A DNA stretch of 64,000 nt from an uncultured Candidatus Binatia bacterium (lineage in GTDB: Bacteria > Desulfobacterota > Binatia > UBA9968 > JAJDTQ01), in the NCBI GenBank assembly GCA_965213675.1, contig OZ243916.1:2240001-2304000 (forward strand), given 5' to 3'. Position numbers and translations under genes: made by a program. Of the stretch, positions 23,062-38,150 are shown piece after piece. Within the stretch, counting starts at the first letter, position 1. Every line of letters starts with the position of its first letter. The notes beneath the pieces were generated by a model, which did not search any database, had not been told where the DNA came from, and saw only the letters and a program-made list of their open reading frames with translations.

Positions 23062-23342
23062 CACTGCACCCCGTTACGTAGTATTGAATCAGTGTTCTGC
23101 TGACGCACCAGCCAGCTCCCTCGGGCCAGTTCCTCGGGCCATTCTTCTCGGACATGAACCGTTAACGGCTCCGAGGGTTTTTTGCATCCGCGTTCCTCCT
23201 TCCAAGACAACGCCCGCTGGTCGCCTCGTCAGGTGGCATGAAACCGTCGAACATGACGTTTTGATCGGCGATTCCGTCGACCGCAACGTCCACGAAGTGC
23301 CGCACATCGCCAAATTTCAAGGGCTTGGCGTGTCGCCGTTCA

Positions 23343-23357
23343 TGGCATGATGTTTGC
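23343..23357 (+). promoter_or_regulatory. Sigma54 (-24/-12) promoter
   Basis: TGGCATGATGTTTGC matches TGGCA-N-TTGC with exact GG-N10-GC spacing, about 43 nt before ATG 23400. Confidence 0.65.
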
Positions 23358-23399
23358 GTTACAGAACGACAAGAACATCCCTTGAATGAGGAACCCACA

Positions 23400-23624
23400 A
23401 TGCAATCACTCACGCTTCTCGACGTCATCAACGCAGTCAGCGAGCACGCCCAAACGCCCGACGAACTGAAGGCCGTCGTCACACACCTCGTCAACAGCGG
23501 CAAGGTCAAGCTGCGCGGCGAACTCGCCGGCTGCAAGATCGAGTTCGGCCCGGTTCCCACGCCGGGGCCCGTTGTAAACTCCCAGACCACCCTCCCCCAG
23601 CAGACGCTGGATCAGGCAGGCTGA
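23400..23624 (+). CDS. Small hypothetical protein (74 aa)
   Basis: GAGG RBS; MQSLTLLDVINAVSEHAQTPDELKAVVTHLVNSGKVKLRG; coding-like codon usage. Confidence 0.7.
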   Translation: MQSLTLLDVINAVSEHAQTPDELKAVVTHLVNSGKVKLRGELAGCKIEFGPVPTPGPVVNSQTTLPQQTLDQAG

Positions 23625-23706
23625 CAAGGCGCGTCCCAGGACACTTGCGCCGCAGGAGTTCACGGCTGCAAGCCCGCTCTCATCCGCCCCTTCGGCCGGT
23701 CGATTT

Positions 23707-25233
23707 CTACGCCAGCGGCCGGTCGAGGCTGCGATACTGAACGGCTTCGGCGATGTGTGTGGACTGGATGGTCTCGGCGCCGGCGAGGTCGGCAATGGTG
23801 CGGCCCACCTTGAGGATGCGCACGTAGGCGCGGGCGCTCAGACCCAGGCGGTTGATGGCAGTCTCCAGGAGTTGCTCGCCGGCCGGGTCGACCCGACAGT
23901 AGCGCCGGACGTCGCGCGCGCCCATGCGCGCGTTGGCATGGATCCCGGTCTCGTCGAAGCGCTCCACCTGGAGTCTCCGGGCCTGGTTGACCCGCTCGCG
24001 CACGGTCTCGGAAGGCTCGCCCGGCGCCTTTGAAGCGAGCGCCTCGTAGGCCACGGCAGGTACTTCCACCTGGATGTCGATGCGGTCCAGCAACGGCCCC
24101 GAAACCCGTGAACGGTACCGGGCGATCTGCGTGGGCGTGCAGCGGCACTCTTTCTGGGGGTCGCCGAAGAAGCCGCAGGGGCACGGATTCATGGCCGCCA
24201 CGAGCATGGAACTCGCCGGGTAGTCGATGGAGCCGGCGGCGCGCGCCACCGTGATGCAGCCGTCCTCCAGGGGCTGACGCAACACTTCCAGCACGTTGCG
24301 ACGAAACTCCGGCACCTCGTCGAGGAAGAGCACGCCGTTGTGGGCCAGGGAAACCTCGCCGGGCTTGGGCACGGCGCCGCCACCCACGAGCCCCGCGTCG
24401 GATATGGTATGGTGCGGCGCCCGGAACGGCCGCACGGCCACCAGCGAACGCTCGTTGAGAACCCCCGCCACGCTGTGGATCTTGGTGGTTTCCAGGGCCT
24501 CCGGCAAGGTCAGGTCCGGCAGGATCGTGGCAAGCCGCTTCGCCAGCATGGTCTTCCCGGACCCCGGCGGACCCATCAACAGGACGTTGTGGCTCCCCGC
24601 GGCCGCCACCTCCAGCGCGCGCTTGACGTGGGGCTGGCCGCGCACGTCGCTCAGGTCGGCATCGTGCACCGCGTGGCTGTGAAAGAGCCGGGCCAGGTCC
24701 ACGCGAGTGGGCTCGATCTCCCGCTCCCCGTTCAGAAAATCCACCACCTCGGCCAGACTCTCCACGCCGTAGACGTCGATGCCCTGAATCACCGCGGCCT
24801 CGGCGCTGTTGATTCGGGGCAGGATCAGGCTCTTGAGGCCCTCGCGCTTCACCGCGGCGGCGACGGACAGCGCCCCGCGCACTGGTCTGACGGCGCCATC
24901 CAGCGACAACTCCCCCACCATGAGGCACTCGCCGAGGCGGGATGCGTCCACCGCGCCCTGGGCCGCGGCAATGCCCACCGCCATGGGAAGATCGTAGCCC
25001 GAGCCTTCCTTGCGAACGTCCGCCGGAGCGAGGTTGATGGTGATGCGCTGGTACGGAAACGGGTAGCCGCAGTTCCGCAAGGCCGCGCGGATGCGCACCT
25101 TGCTCTCGCGCACCGCGCCCTGGGGCCGGCCCACCATGAGCAGTTCGGGAAGCCCTGAAGCGATATCCACTTCCACCGCCACCCTGAGGGCGTCGATCCC
25201 GTGGAGCGCCGCGCCGTAGATTCTGGAAAGCAT
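23707..25233 (-). CDS. comM: YifB/ComM Mg-chelatase-like AAA+ ATPase
   Basis: Motifs ITINLAPADVRKEGSGYDLP, GPPGSGKT, PFRAPHHT, LAHNGVLFLDE, AMNPCPCG. Confidence 0.92.
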   Translation of the reverse strand: MLSRIYGAALHGIDALRVAVEVDIASGLPELLMVGRPQGAVRESKVRIRAALRNCGYPFPYQRITINLAPADVRKEGSGYDLPMAVGIAAAQGAVDASRLGECLMVGELSLDGAVRPVRGALSVAAAVKREGLKSLILPRINSAEAAVIQGIDVYGVESLAEVVDFLNGEREIEPTRVDLARLFHSHAVHDADLSDVRGQPHVKRALEVAAAGSHNVLLMGPPGSGKTMLAKRLATILPDLTLPEALETTKIHSVAGVLNERSLVAVRPFRAPHHTISDAGLVGGGAVPKPGEVSLAHNGVLFLDEVPEFRRNVLEVLRQPLEDGCITVARAAGSIDYPASSMLVAAMNPCPCGFFGDPQKECRCTPTQIARYRSRVSGPLLDRIDIQVEVPAVAYEALASKAPGEPSETVRERVNQARRLQVERFDETGIHANARMGARDVRRYCRVDPAGEQLLETAINRLGLSARAYVRILKVGRTIADLAGAETIQSTHIAEAVQYRSLDRPLA

Positions 25234-25350
25234 CGCCTGTAGAAAGGATCGGTGCGTTTCGCGGGAACTTAAGCCGCACCGTGGGATCATCCCCGCAAGG
25301 GGGCGAATCAACTTGCCACGAAAGGGGAATCTTGCTAGGAGCGTGTCCGT

Positions 25351-25418
25351 GTAGGGGTGGCCATCGGTCGCCTTTGCCGGGGCACCCACACCGGGGGCGG
25401 CCACCGGTCGCCCCGCAC
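25351..25418. repeat. Degenerate GTAG-type REP doublet
   Basis: gtaggggtggccatcggtcgcc...gggcggccaccggtcgccccgcac. Confidence 0.5.
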
Positions 25419-25504
25419 GGTTTTCATGCTTCGCGGTACTATCCCGAATACACGGACAGGCTCCTGGGAGAAAACATGGAGACGAGCCAAACGAAACTCA
25501 CGGG

Positions 25505-25533
25505 AAGCCCAGGCGGAAGTCTGGGCTTTTTTT
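25505..25533 (+). terminator. Intrinsic terminator in guaB leader (possible attenuator)
   Basis: aagcccaggc-ggaa-gtctgggctt with T7 run, 35 nt before the guaB ATG; the upstream gene is divergent. Confidence 0.7.
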
Positions 25534-25568
25534 GTACCGTGTTCGCGCCGTCCGGACTGAGGTGAAGG

Positions 25569-27031
<1,463 letters not shown>

Positions 27032-27035
<4 letters not shown>

Positions 27036-28564
27036 TCGCCGTCCTGGACTTCGGATCGCAGTACACCCAACTCATCGCCCGCCGCGTGCGCGAGGCGCGC
27101 GTGTACTGTGAGATTCATCCCTTCGATACCGCCGTCGAAGAGATCGCGCGCCTGGAGCCCGCCGGCATCATCCTGTCCGGCGGGCCAGCCAGCGTCTACG
27201 GCAGCGGCGCGCCGCGGGTGGACCCGGACCTGTTCCGGCTGCCGGCGCCGTTTCTCGGCATCTGCTACGGCATGGGGCTTCTCAACCAGGCCATGGGAGG
27301 CGCGGTCGCCGAGGCCTCCCAACGCGAATACGGCCTTGCCGACCTCGCCATCGACGACGCCACCGACCTCTTCGCCGGGCTCGACCGGGACGGCGCCCAG
27401 AGCGTTTGGATGAGCCACGGCGACCGCATGACGGCGCTCCCCGAAGGGTGGGCGGTGCTGGCGCACACCGGCAACTCACCCATTGCCGCGTTCGCCGACG
27501 ACCAGCGGCGCTTCTACGGACTTCAGTTCCACCCCGAGGTGGCGCACACCCGCAACGGCCGGGCCATCCTGGAGAACTTCCTGTTCCGCATCTGCGGGTG
27601 CGCGGCGGACTGGGACATGGAGCACTTCGCCAGCGCCGCGATGGAACGCATCCGAGCGCAGGTGGGCGACGCCCGCGTGCTGTGCGGCCTGAGCGGCGGC
27701 GTCGACTCGTCGGTGGCCGCCACCCTGGTGCACCGCGCCATCGGCGACCGGCTCGTGTGCGTGTTCGTCAACAATGGACTGCTGCGGCAGGGAGAGCCGG
27801 AGGCCGTGTCGCAGGTCATGGGAGAGCGCTTCGGCGAAGGCTTCCGCCACGTGGACGCATCGCGCCGGTTCCTCGACGCCCTCGCAGGGGTGGAGGACCC
27901 GGAGGAGAAGCGCAAACGCATCGGCAACCTCTTCATCCGCGTGTTCGAGGAGGAGACGCGCAAGCTCGGCGATTTCCCGTTTCTGTGTCAGGGGACCCTC
28001 TACCCCGACGTCATCGAGTCCGTGCCCCATGCCGGTCCGTCCGCCCTCATCAAGAGCCATCACAACGTCGGCGGGCTCCCCGAGAACATGCAGTTCGAAC
28101 TGGTGGAGCCGTTGCGGGAACTGTTCAAGGACGAGGTGCGCGTCCTCGGGCGCGAACTGGGTCTGCCGGAGCGGTGGATCCACCGCCAGCCCTTTCCCGG
28201 ACCGGGACTGGCCATCCGCATCCTCGGCGACGTTACCGAGGAACGCCTGAACATCCTTCGGTCGGCGGACGCCATCGTCGTGGAGGAGGTGCGCCGCGCC
28301 GGGCTGTACGAACGCATCTGGCAGTCCTTCGCCATCCTCCTGCCCATCCGCACCGTGGGGGTGATGGGGGACGAGCGCACCTACGAGAACGTCGCCGCCA
28401 TCCGGGCCGTGGAGAGCCGGGACGGCATGACCGCCGACTGGGTGACGCTGCCGCCGGAGTTGCTGGGGCGTATCTCCAACCGCATCATCAACGAAGTGCG
28501 CGGCATCAACCGGGTGGTCTACGACATCTCGTCCAAGCCGCCCGCCACCATCGAGTGGGAGTGA
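27032..28564 (+). CDS. guaA: GMP synthase
   Basis: Motifs [40 protein letters not shown]. Confidence 0.97.
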
Positions 28565-28588
28565 GGAACCGACAGAGGACGTAGTTTC

Positions 28589-32059
<3,471 letters not shown>

Positions 32060-32062
32060 TCC

Positions 32063-33382
32063 ATGTCGAACGAAGGCAGCGAGGGGATGATCGAGGGAGT
32101 CCACGGCCGGCGGGACCCTGTGGGCGGTGAGACCGAGCGCGCGGTGCTGGTGGGCGTGGAGACGCCGGCATCCACGACGGACGTGGCGCTGGAGGACAGC
32201 CTTGAAGAGTTGCGCAGCCTCGCGGCCACCGCGGGCGCCCGGGTCGTCGAAGTGTTCCGCCAACACTCGGCACGGGTGCGCAGCGCCACCCTGCTGGGCA
32301 CGGGCAAGGTGGAGGAGGTCCGGGAATTCGTCGGCGAGCACCGCCCCGACCTCGTCATCGTCGACAACGACCTGACTCCGGCGCAGCAGCGAAACCTGGA
32401 ATCAGCCCTGAACCTCCGGGTGATCGACCGCACGCAACTCATCCTGGACATCTTCGCCCAGCGCGCCCAGAGCCGCGAAGGCAAGCTGCAGGTGGAGCTG
32501 GCGCAACTCGAATACCTGCTGCCGCGGCTCACCCGCCTGTGGTCCCACCTGTCCCGGCTCGGCGGCGGCATCGGCACGCGCGGACCGGGCGAGACCCAGC
32601 TCGAGGTGGACCGCCGGCGCATCCGCGAGCGCATCCGGCGGCTCAAGCGGCGCTTGGGAGGAGTCGCCAACACCCGTGCGTTGCAGCGCAAGGAACGTGA
32701 GTCGGTGCCCTACCCCACGGTGGCGCTGGTGGGCTATACCAACTCCGGCAAGTCCACGCTGATGAACCACCTCACCCGCGCCGGTGTGCTGGCCGAGGAC
32801 AAGCTGTTCGCCACCCTCGACCCGCGCACGCGCGCGCTGCGCCTGCCCAACGGCGAGCGCGTGATGCTGGTGGACACGGTGGGTTTCATCAACAAGATCC
32901 CCCACGCGCTGGTGGACGCATTCAAGGCCACGCTGGAAGAAGTCCACCAGGCGGACCTGCTGCTGTGCGTGATGGATCCCACGAGCCCCCTCGCGGACCA
33001 GCAACTCGCCATCGTCGACTCCGTGCTCAAGGACATCGGCGCGGCCGAGACCCCGCGGCTCATCGTGCCCAACAAGATCGATGTCGCCGAGCGCGTGCCC
33101 GCCTTCCCCGCCGGCGGCAACGAGGGCGTTTGCCCGATCTCGGCCCGGACCGGCGCCGGCATCGAGCCCCTGCTGGAGCTCATCGGCCGGGTGCTGGACC
33201 GGGGCAAGCAGCGCATCCGGCTCACCCTGCCCCAGTCCGAGAGCGCCATCATTCCCTTTCTCCGGGCACGAGGACGGATACTGGCGGAGGAATACGGCGA
33301 GCGTGACGTGCGCGTCACCGCGCTGGTGAGCGCCAAGGTCTCGGGACAGCTCAAGAAACTCGCCGCGGCTTGGCGGCATTGA
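32063..33382 (+). CDS. hflX: GTPase HflX
   Basis: Motifs [43 protein letters not shown]. Confidence 0.95.
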   Translation: MSNEGSEGMIEGVHGRRDPVGGETERAVLVGVETPASTTDVALEDSLEELRSLAATAGARVVEVFRQHSARVRSATLLGTGKVEEVREFVGEHRPDLVIVDNDLTPAQQRNLESALNLRVIDRTQLILDIFAQRAQSREGKLQVELAQLEYLLPRLTRLWSHLSRLGGGIGTRGPGETQLEVDRRRIRERIRRLKRRLGGVANTRALQRKERESVPYPTVALVGYTNSGKSTLMNHLTRAGVLAEDKLFATLDPRTRALRLPNGERVMLVDTVGFINKIPHALVDAFKATLEEVHQADLLLCVMDPTSPLADQQLAIVDSVLKDIGAAETPRLIVPNKIDVAERVPAFPAGGNEGVCPISARTGAGIEPLLELIGRVLDRGKQRIRLTLPQSESAIIPFLRARGRILAEEYGERDVRVTALVSAKVSGQLKKLAAAWRH

Positions 33383-33434
33383 CAGAAACCCCATTACTTT
33401 GCTAATAAAATCAAACCTTTGCAGAGGTCCCTGG

Positions 33435-33509
33435 AGGCACGTAGCTCAGTGGGAGAGCGCTTCCTTGACGCGGAAGAGGTCGGCGGTTCAATCCCGCCCG
33501 TGCCTACCA
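33435..33509 (+). tRNA. tRNA-Val(GAC)
   Basis: Acceptor stem aggcacg/cgtgcct plus ACCA; anticodon arm cttcc-TTGACGC-ggaag; T-loop GGTTCAATCC. Confidence 0.95.
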
Positions 33510-33527
33510 TCTCCCTGACTGTCCACT

Positions 33528-33670
33528 CCCGGTAGCAGCCAGCCCCGGTAGTAGCCAGCCCTTTCCCGCGAGACAGACGACCGTGGGGCAGAGACCCTGG
33601 GACAAGAGACCTTGGGATAATTTACCCTGGGACGCGAGACTTTCCCGCGAGACAGACGACCACGGTCCGG
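33528..33670. repeat. Nested short direct repeats between tRNA-Val and thrS
   Basis: 16-bp tandem x2 (33528, 33544); exact 22-bp ctttcccgcgagacagacgacc x2 (33561, 33640); accYtggga x3. Confidence 0.8.
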
Positions 33671-33705
33671 AAAAAAGTTACAGACAAGTTTGACAGGCCA
33701 CCGGC

Positions 33706-35631
33706 ATGGAGAAGATTCAAGTCAGCTTGCCCGGGGGTGAGACCCTCCAGGTGAGTCCGGGCACCCAGGCCCGCGATGTCGGCGCGCTGCCGCCGGGCCG
33801 GCGCATCGTGGCGGCCAGCGTCGACGGCAGGGCGGTGGACCTCGCCCGGCCCCTGGCGCAAAGCTGCGACGTCGAATGGATCGCCCTCGACAGCGCCAAG
33901 GGCATCGACATCCTGCGCCACTCCACGGCGCACCTCATGGCACAGGCGGTGCAAAGCCTGTTCCCCGGCACCCAGGTGACCATCGGCCCCACCACCCAGG
34001 ACGGGTTCTACTACGACTTCAAGCGCGACCAACCGTTCACGCTCGAAGAGTTGGAGACAATCGAAAACCGGATGCGTGAGCTGGCGGGGCAGGATCTGCC
34101 CGTCACCCGCCAGGAACTGCCCCGGGACGAGGCCGTCGAGCTTTTCCGCGGGATGGGCGAGAACTACAAGGTGGAGATTATCGCGGGAATCCCCGACGAG
34201 ACGGTATCGCTCTACCGCCAGGGCGACTGGGTCGACCTGTGCCGCGGCCCCCACTTGCCCAGCACCGGCTTCATCCAGGCCTTCAAGCTCACCTCGGTGG
34301 CCGGCGCCTATTGGCGCGGCGACGAGCGCAACGAGATGCTCCAGCGCATTTACGGCACCTCGTTCCCCACGCGCAAGCAGTTGAAGGAGCATTTGGCCCT
34401 GCTGGAGGAGGCGCGCAAGCGCGACCACCGCAAGCTGGGCAAGGAGCTGGACCTCTTCAGCTTCCACCCGTCGGCGCCGGCGAGCCCGTTTTTCCATCCC
34501 AAGGGCGCCTTCGTCTACAACGCCTTGGTGGAGTACATGCGCGACCTTTACCGGCGCTACGGCTACCAGGAGGTGATCACGCCGCAGATCTTCGACGCGG
34601 GGCTGTGGCGCCGTTCCGGGCACTACGAACACTACAAGGACAACATGTACTTCACCCACATCGACGAACGCGAGTTCGGAGTGAAGCCCATGAACTGCCC
34701 GAGCCACACGTTCATCTACGCTTCGAGGAAGCGCTCGTATCGCGACCTGCCCATCCGGCTGGCCGACTTCGGGCGGCTGCACCGCTACGAGAAATCCGGC
34801 GTCACCGCGGGGCTCACCCGGGTACGCAGCTTCTCGCAGGACGACGCCCACATCTTCTGTGCCCCGGCGCAAATCGAGAGCGAGATCGCCTCGCTGCTTG
34901 ACATGCTCCGCGAGGTATATCATAGGTTCAAGTTCCAGGATCTGGAGGTCTACCTCTCCACCAGGCCGGATCAGTACCTGGGCGCTCTGGAGACTTGGGA
35001 ACGTGCCGAAGCGGCCTTGGCCGCATCATTGGAGACGCGGAACGTAGACTATGAGATCAGCAAGGGCGACGGTGCCTTCTACGGTCCGAAGATCGATTTC
35101 GTCGTCAAGGACGCGATGAAGCGCGGCTGGCAGCTAGGCACGGTCCAGCTCGATTTCTCCATGCCCGAACGATTCGACCTCGGCTTCGTCTCGGCCTCCG
35201 GGACGGAAGAACGGCCCGTCATGATCCACCGGGCCATTCTCGGCTCCATTGAACGCTTCATGGCCGTGTTGATCGAGCACACGGGCGGTGCGTTTCCGTT
35301 GTGGCTGGCGCCGGAGCAGGCGCGCCTCGTCACGGTGACGGATGAGCAGAAGCCGTACGCCGCCGGCGTGTGCGGCCGCTTGCGCGACCAGGGCTGGCGC
35401 GTGGAGTTGGACGAACGCAACGAGAAGCTTGGATTCAAGATCCGCGAGGCCCAAGTGGCCAAGATCCCCTACGCGCTGGTCATCGGCGGCAAGGAAGTGC
35501 AGAACGGCACCTTGTCCGCGCGGAAACGGGGCGGTGAAAACCTTCCACCGATGTCGGTGGAAGCCTTCGCCGAACGGCTCCGGGAAGATCTGCGCCAGGA
35601 GACGGAGCCCGGTCCAATGACGGTCCAATGA
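33706..35631 (+). CDS. thrS: Threonyl-tRNA synthetase
   Basis: Motifs RHSTAHLMAQAV, DLCRGPH, RDHRKLG, KPMNCP, GAFYGPKID, HRAILGSIERF. Confidence 0.97.
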   Translation: MEKIQVSLPGGETLQVSPGTQARDVGALPPGRRIVAASVDGRAVDLARPLAQSCDVEWIALDSAKGIDILRHSTAHLMAQAVQSLFPGTQVTIGPTTQDGFYYDFKRDQPFTLEELETIENRMRELAGQDLPVTRQELPRDEAVELFRGMGENYKVEIIAGIPDETVSLYRQGDWVDLCRGPHLPSTGFIQAFKLTSVAGAYWRGDERNEMLQRIYGTSFPTRKQLKEHLALLEEARKRDHRKLGKELDLFSFHPSAPASPFFHPKGAFVYNALVEYMRDLYRRYGYQEVITPQIFDAGLWRRSGHYEHYKDNMYFTHIDEREFGVKPMNCPSHTFIYASRKRSYRDLPIRLADFGRLHRYEKSGVTAGLTRVRSFSQDDAHIFCAPAQIESEIASLLDMLREVYHRFKFQDLEVYLSTRPDQYLGALETWERAEAALAASLETRNVDYEISKGDGAFYGPKIDFVVKDAMKRGWQLGTVQLDFSMPERFDLGFVSASGTEERPVMIHRAILGSIERFMAVLIEHTGGAFPLWLAPEQARLVTVTDEQKPYAAGVCGRLRDQGWRVELDERNEKLGFKIREAQVAKIPYALVIGGKEVQNGTLSARKRGGENLPPMSVEAFAERLREDLRQETEPGPMTVQ

Positions 35632-35665
35632 ATATGGCAGTGCACAGCCATGCAGGAGGTGCGTT

Positions 35666-36181
35666 ATAGCGCGGCCTACAAGAATCAACCAGCAGATCCG
35701 GGCTCGCGAGGTCCGCGTCATCGACGCCGACAGCGAACAGCTCGGCGTCATGCCGTTGCACGAGGCCTTGGGCATCGCCGAGCAACGGGAGCTGGACTTG
35801 GTAGAGGTGGCACCGGACGCACAGCCTCCGGTATGTCGCCTGCTGGACTACGGAAAGTTTCGCTACCTGGAGAAGAAGAAGACGCAGGAAGCGAAACGCA
35901 AAGCCACCTTTGTCGCCGTCAAGGAAGTCAAGATGGGCGCCCGGACCAACGTGCACGACCTGGAGTTCAAGGTGCGCAACATCCGGCGCTTCCTCGAAAA
36001 GGGGCAACGGGTCAAGGTGTCGGTCTTCTTCCGTGGCCGTGAGATCACGCACCCGGAGTTGGGCCGGGCGATGCTCAACGGGGTCTTCGACGAGGTTCAG
36101 GACATGGCCAAGCTGGACGTGTCGCCCAAGCTCGAGGGACGCAGCATGGCCATGCTGTTGACGCCGAAGACGAGCGCATAG
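35666..36181 (+). CDS. infC: Translation initiation factor IF-3 (ATA start)
   Basis: GGAGG then ATA-GCG-CGG.. gives the conserved [15 protein letters not shown] upstream of the ORF-track start; [18 protein letters not shown]. Confidence 0.92.
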   Translation: MARPTRINQQIRAREVRVIDADSEQLGVMPLHEALGIAEQRELDLVEVAPDAQPPVCRLLDYGKFRYLEKKKTQEAKRKATFVAVKEVKMGARTNVHDLEFKVRNIRRFLEKGQRVKVSVFFRGREITHPELGRAMLNGVFDEVQDMAKLDVSPKLEGRSMAMLLTPKTSA

Positions 36182-36219
36182 AGAAGTTACCGGAACCGAA
36201 CGGGACGGGGAAACCAGGG

Positions 36220-36417
36220 ATGCCGAAGATAAAGACGAACAGGGGAGCCGCCAAGCGGTTCAAGATCAGCAAGAGCGGCAAGATCATGCGGCGGCGCGGC
36301 TTCAAGAGCCACATCCTGTCCACCAAGAGCCGCAAGCGGAAACGCCGCCTGAGACAGGCCGCTTCGGTGTCGAGCTACGAAACCACGAGCATGCGGCGCC
36401 TCATTCCGTATCTGTAG
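36220..36417 (+). CDS. rpmI: 50S ribosomal protein L35
   Basis: [23 protein letters not shown]. Confidence 0.97.
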   Translation: MPKIKTNRGAAKRFKISKSGKIMRRRGFKSHILSTKSRKRKRRLRQAASVSSYETTSMRRLIPYL

Positions 36418-36545
36418 GAGCGGCTCGCTCCCGTATACGGGCGGGCACCGGCATCCATCGGCATACCATTCACTGATACGAGGCGCGGGCGGGCGACGGT
36501 TGCCCGGATGCGCCTCCGTTGACGTTCGTTCAAGGAGCACACGCG

Positions 36546-37013
36546 ATGCCCAGAGTCAAGGGCGGACCGGCCTCACGCCGGCGCCGCAGAAAGATCATGA
36601 AGCTGGCCAAGGGGTACGTCGGCGGGCGCCGGCGGCTCTACCGCACCGCCAGGGAAACCGTGGAGCGCGGGTTGGCCTATGCCTACCGGGACCGGCGTGT
36701 GCGCAAACGCACGTTCCGGGGCCTGTGGAACATCCGCATCAGCGCCGGCGCGCGGGTCAACGGATTGTCCTACAGCCGTCTGATCCACGGCCTCAAGCTT
36801 GCCGGAGTGACCCTGGACAGGAAAATCCTGGCGGATCTCGCGGCCACCGACGCCCACGTGTTCGACCAACTCGCCCAGCGCGCCAAACATGCCCTCGATC
36901 CGGATCGGGAAGCAGCCGTCGCTTCCGATCAGGAGAACGCTCCCGACGCCCCGGAACCCGACCCTGAGCGGGAGTCCACGGCGGACGCCGGCGGGGAGGC
37001 TCCCGAAGCCTGA
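36546..37013 (+). CDS. rplT: 50S ribosomal protein L20 with acidic C-terminal extension
   Basis: [37 protein letters not shown]; AGGAG RBS. Confidence 0.95.
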   Translation: MPRVKGGPASRRRRRKIMKLAKGYVGGRRRLYRTARETVERGLAYAYRDRRVRKRTFRGLWNIRISAGARVNGLSYSRLIHGLKLAGVTLDRKILADLAATDAHVFDQLAQRAKHALDPDREAAVASDQENAPDAPEPDPERESTADAGGEAPEA

Positions 37014-37027
37014 GCCCCGGGTCCGTC

Positions 37028-38059
<1,032 letters not shown>

Positions 38060-38150
38060 GAGTGTCGCGCCGTGGCACGAGGACGCGCGGGCTTGTCATT
38101 CGCGCCTCGCGCCTCGCATCGTGCCGGCGCGGGCCCCCGATTCCAAGATC

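Noticed and set aside
33528-33670. Possible mini-CRISPR array
   Set aside because: Only two 22-bp repeats, the spacer is itself repetitive, and there are no cas genes.
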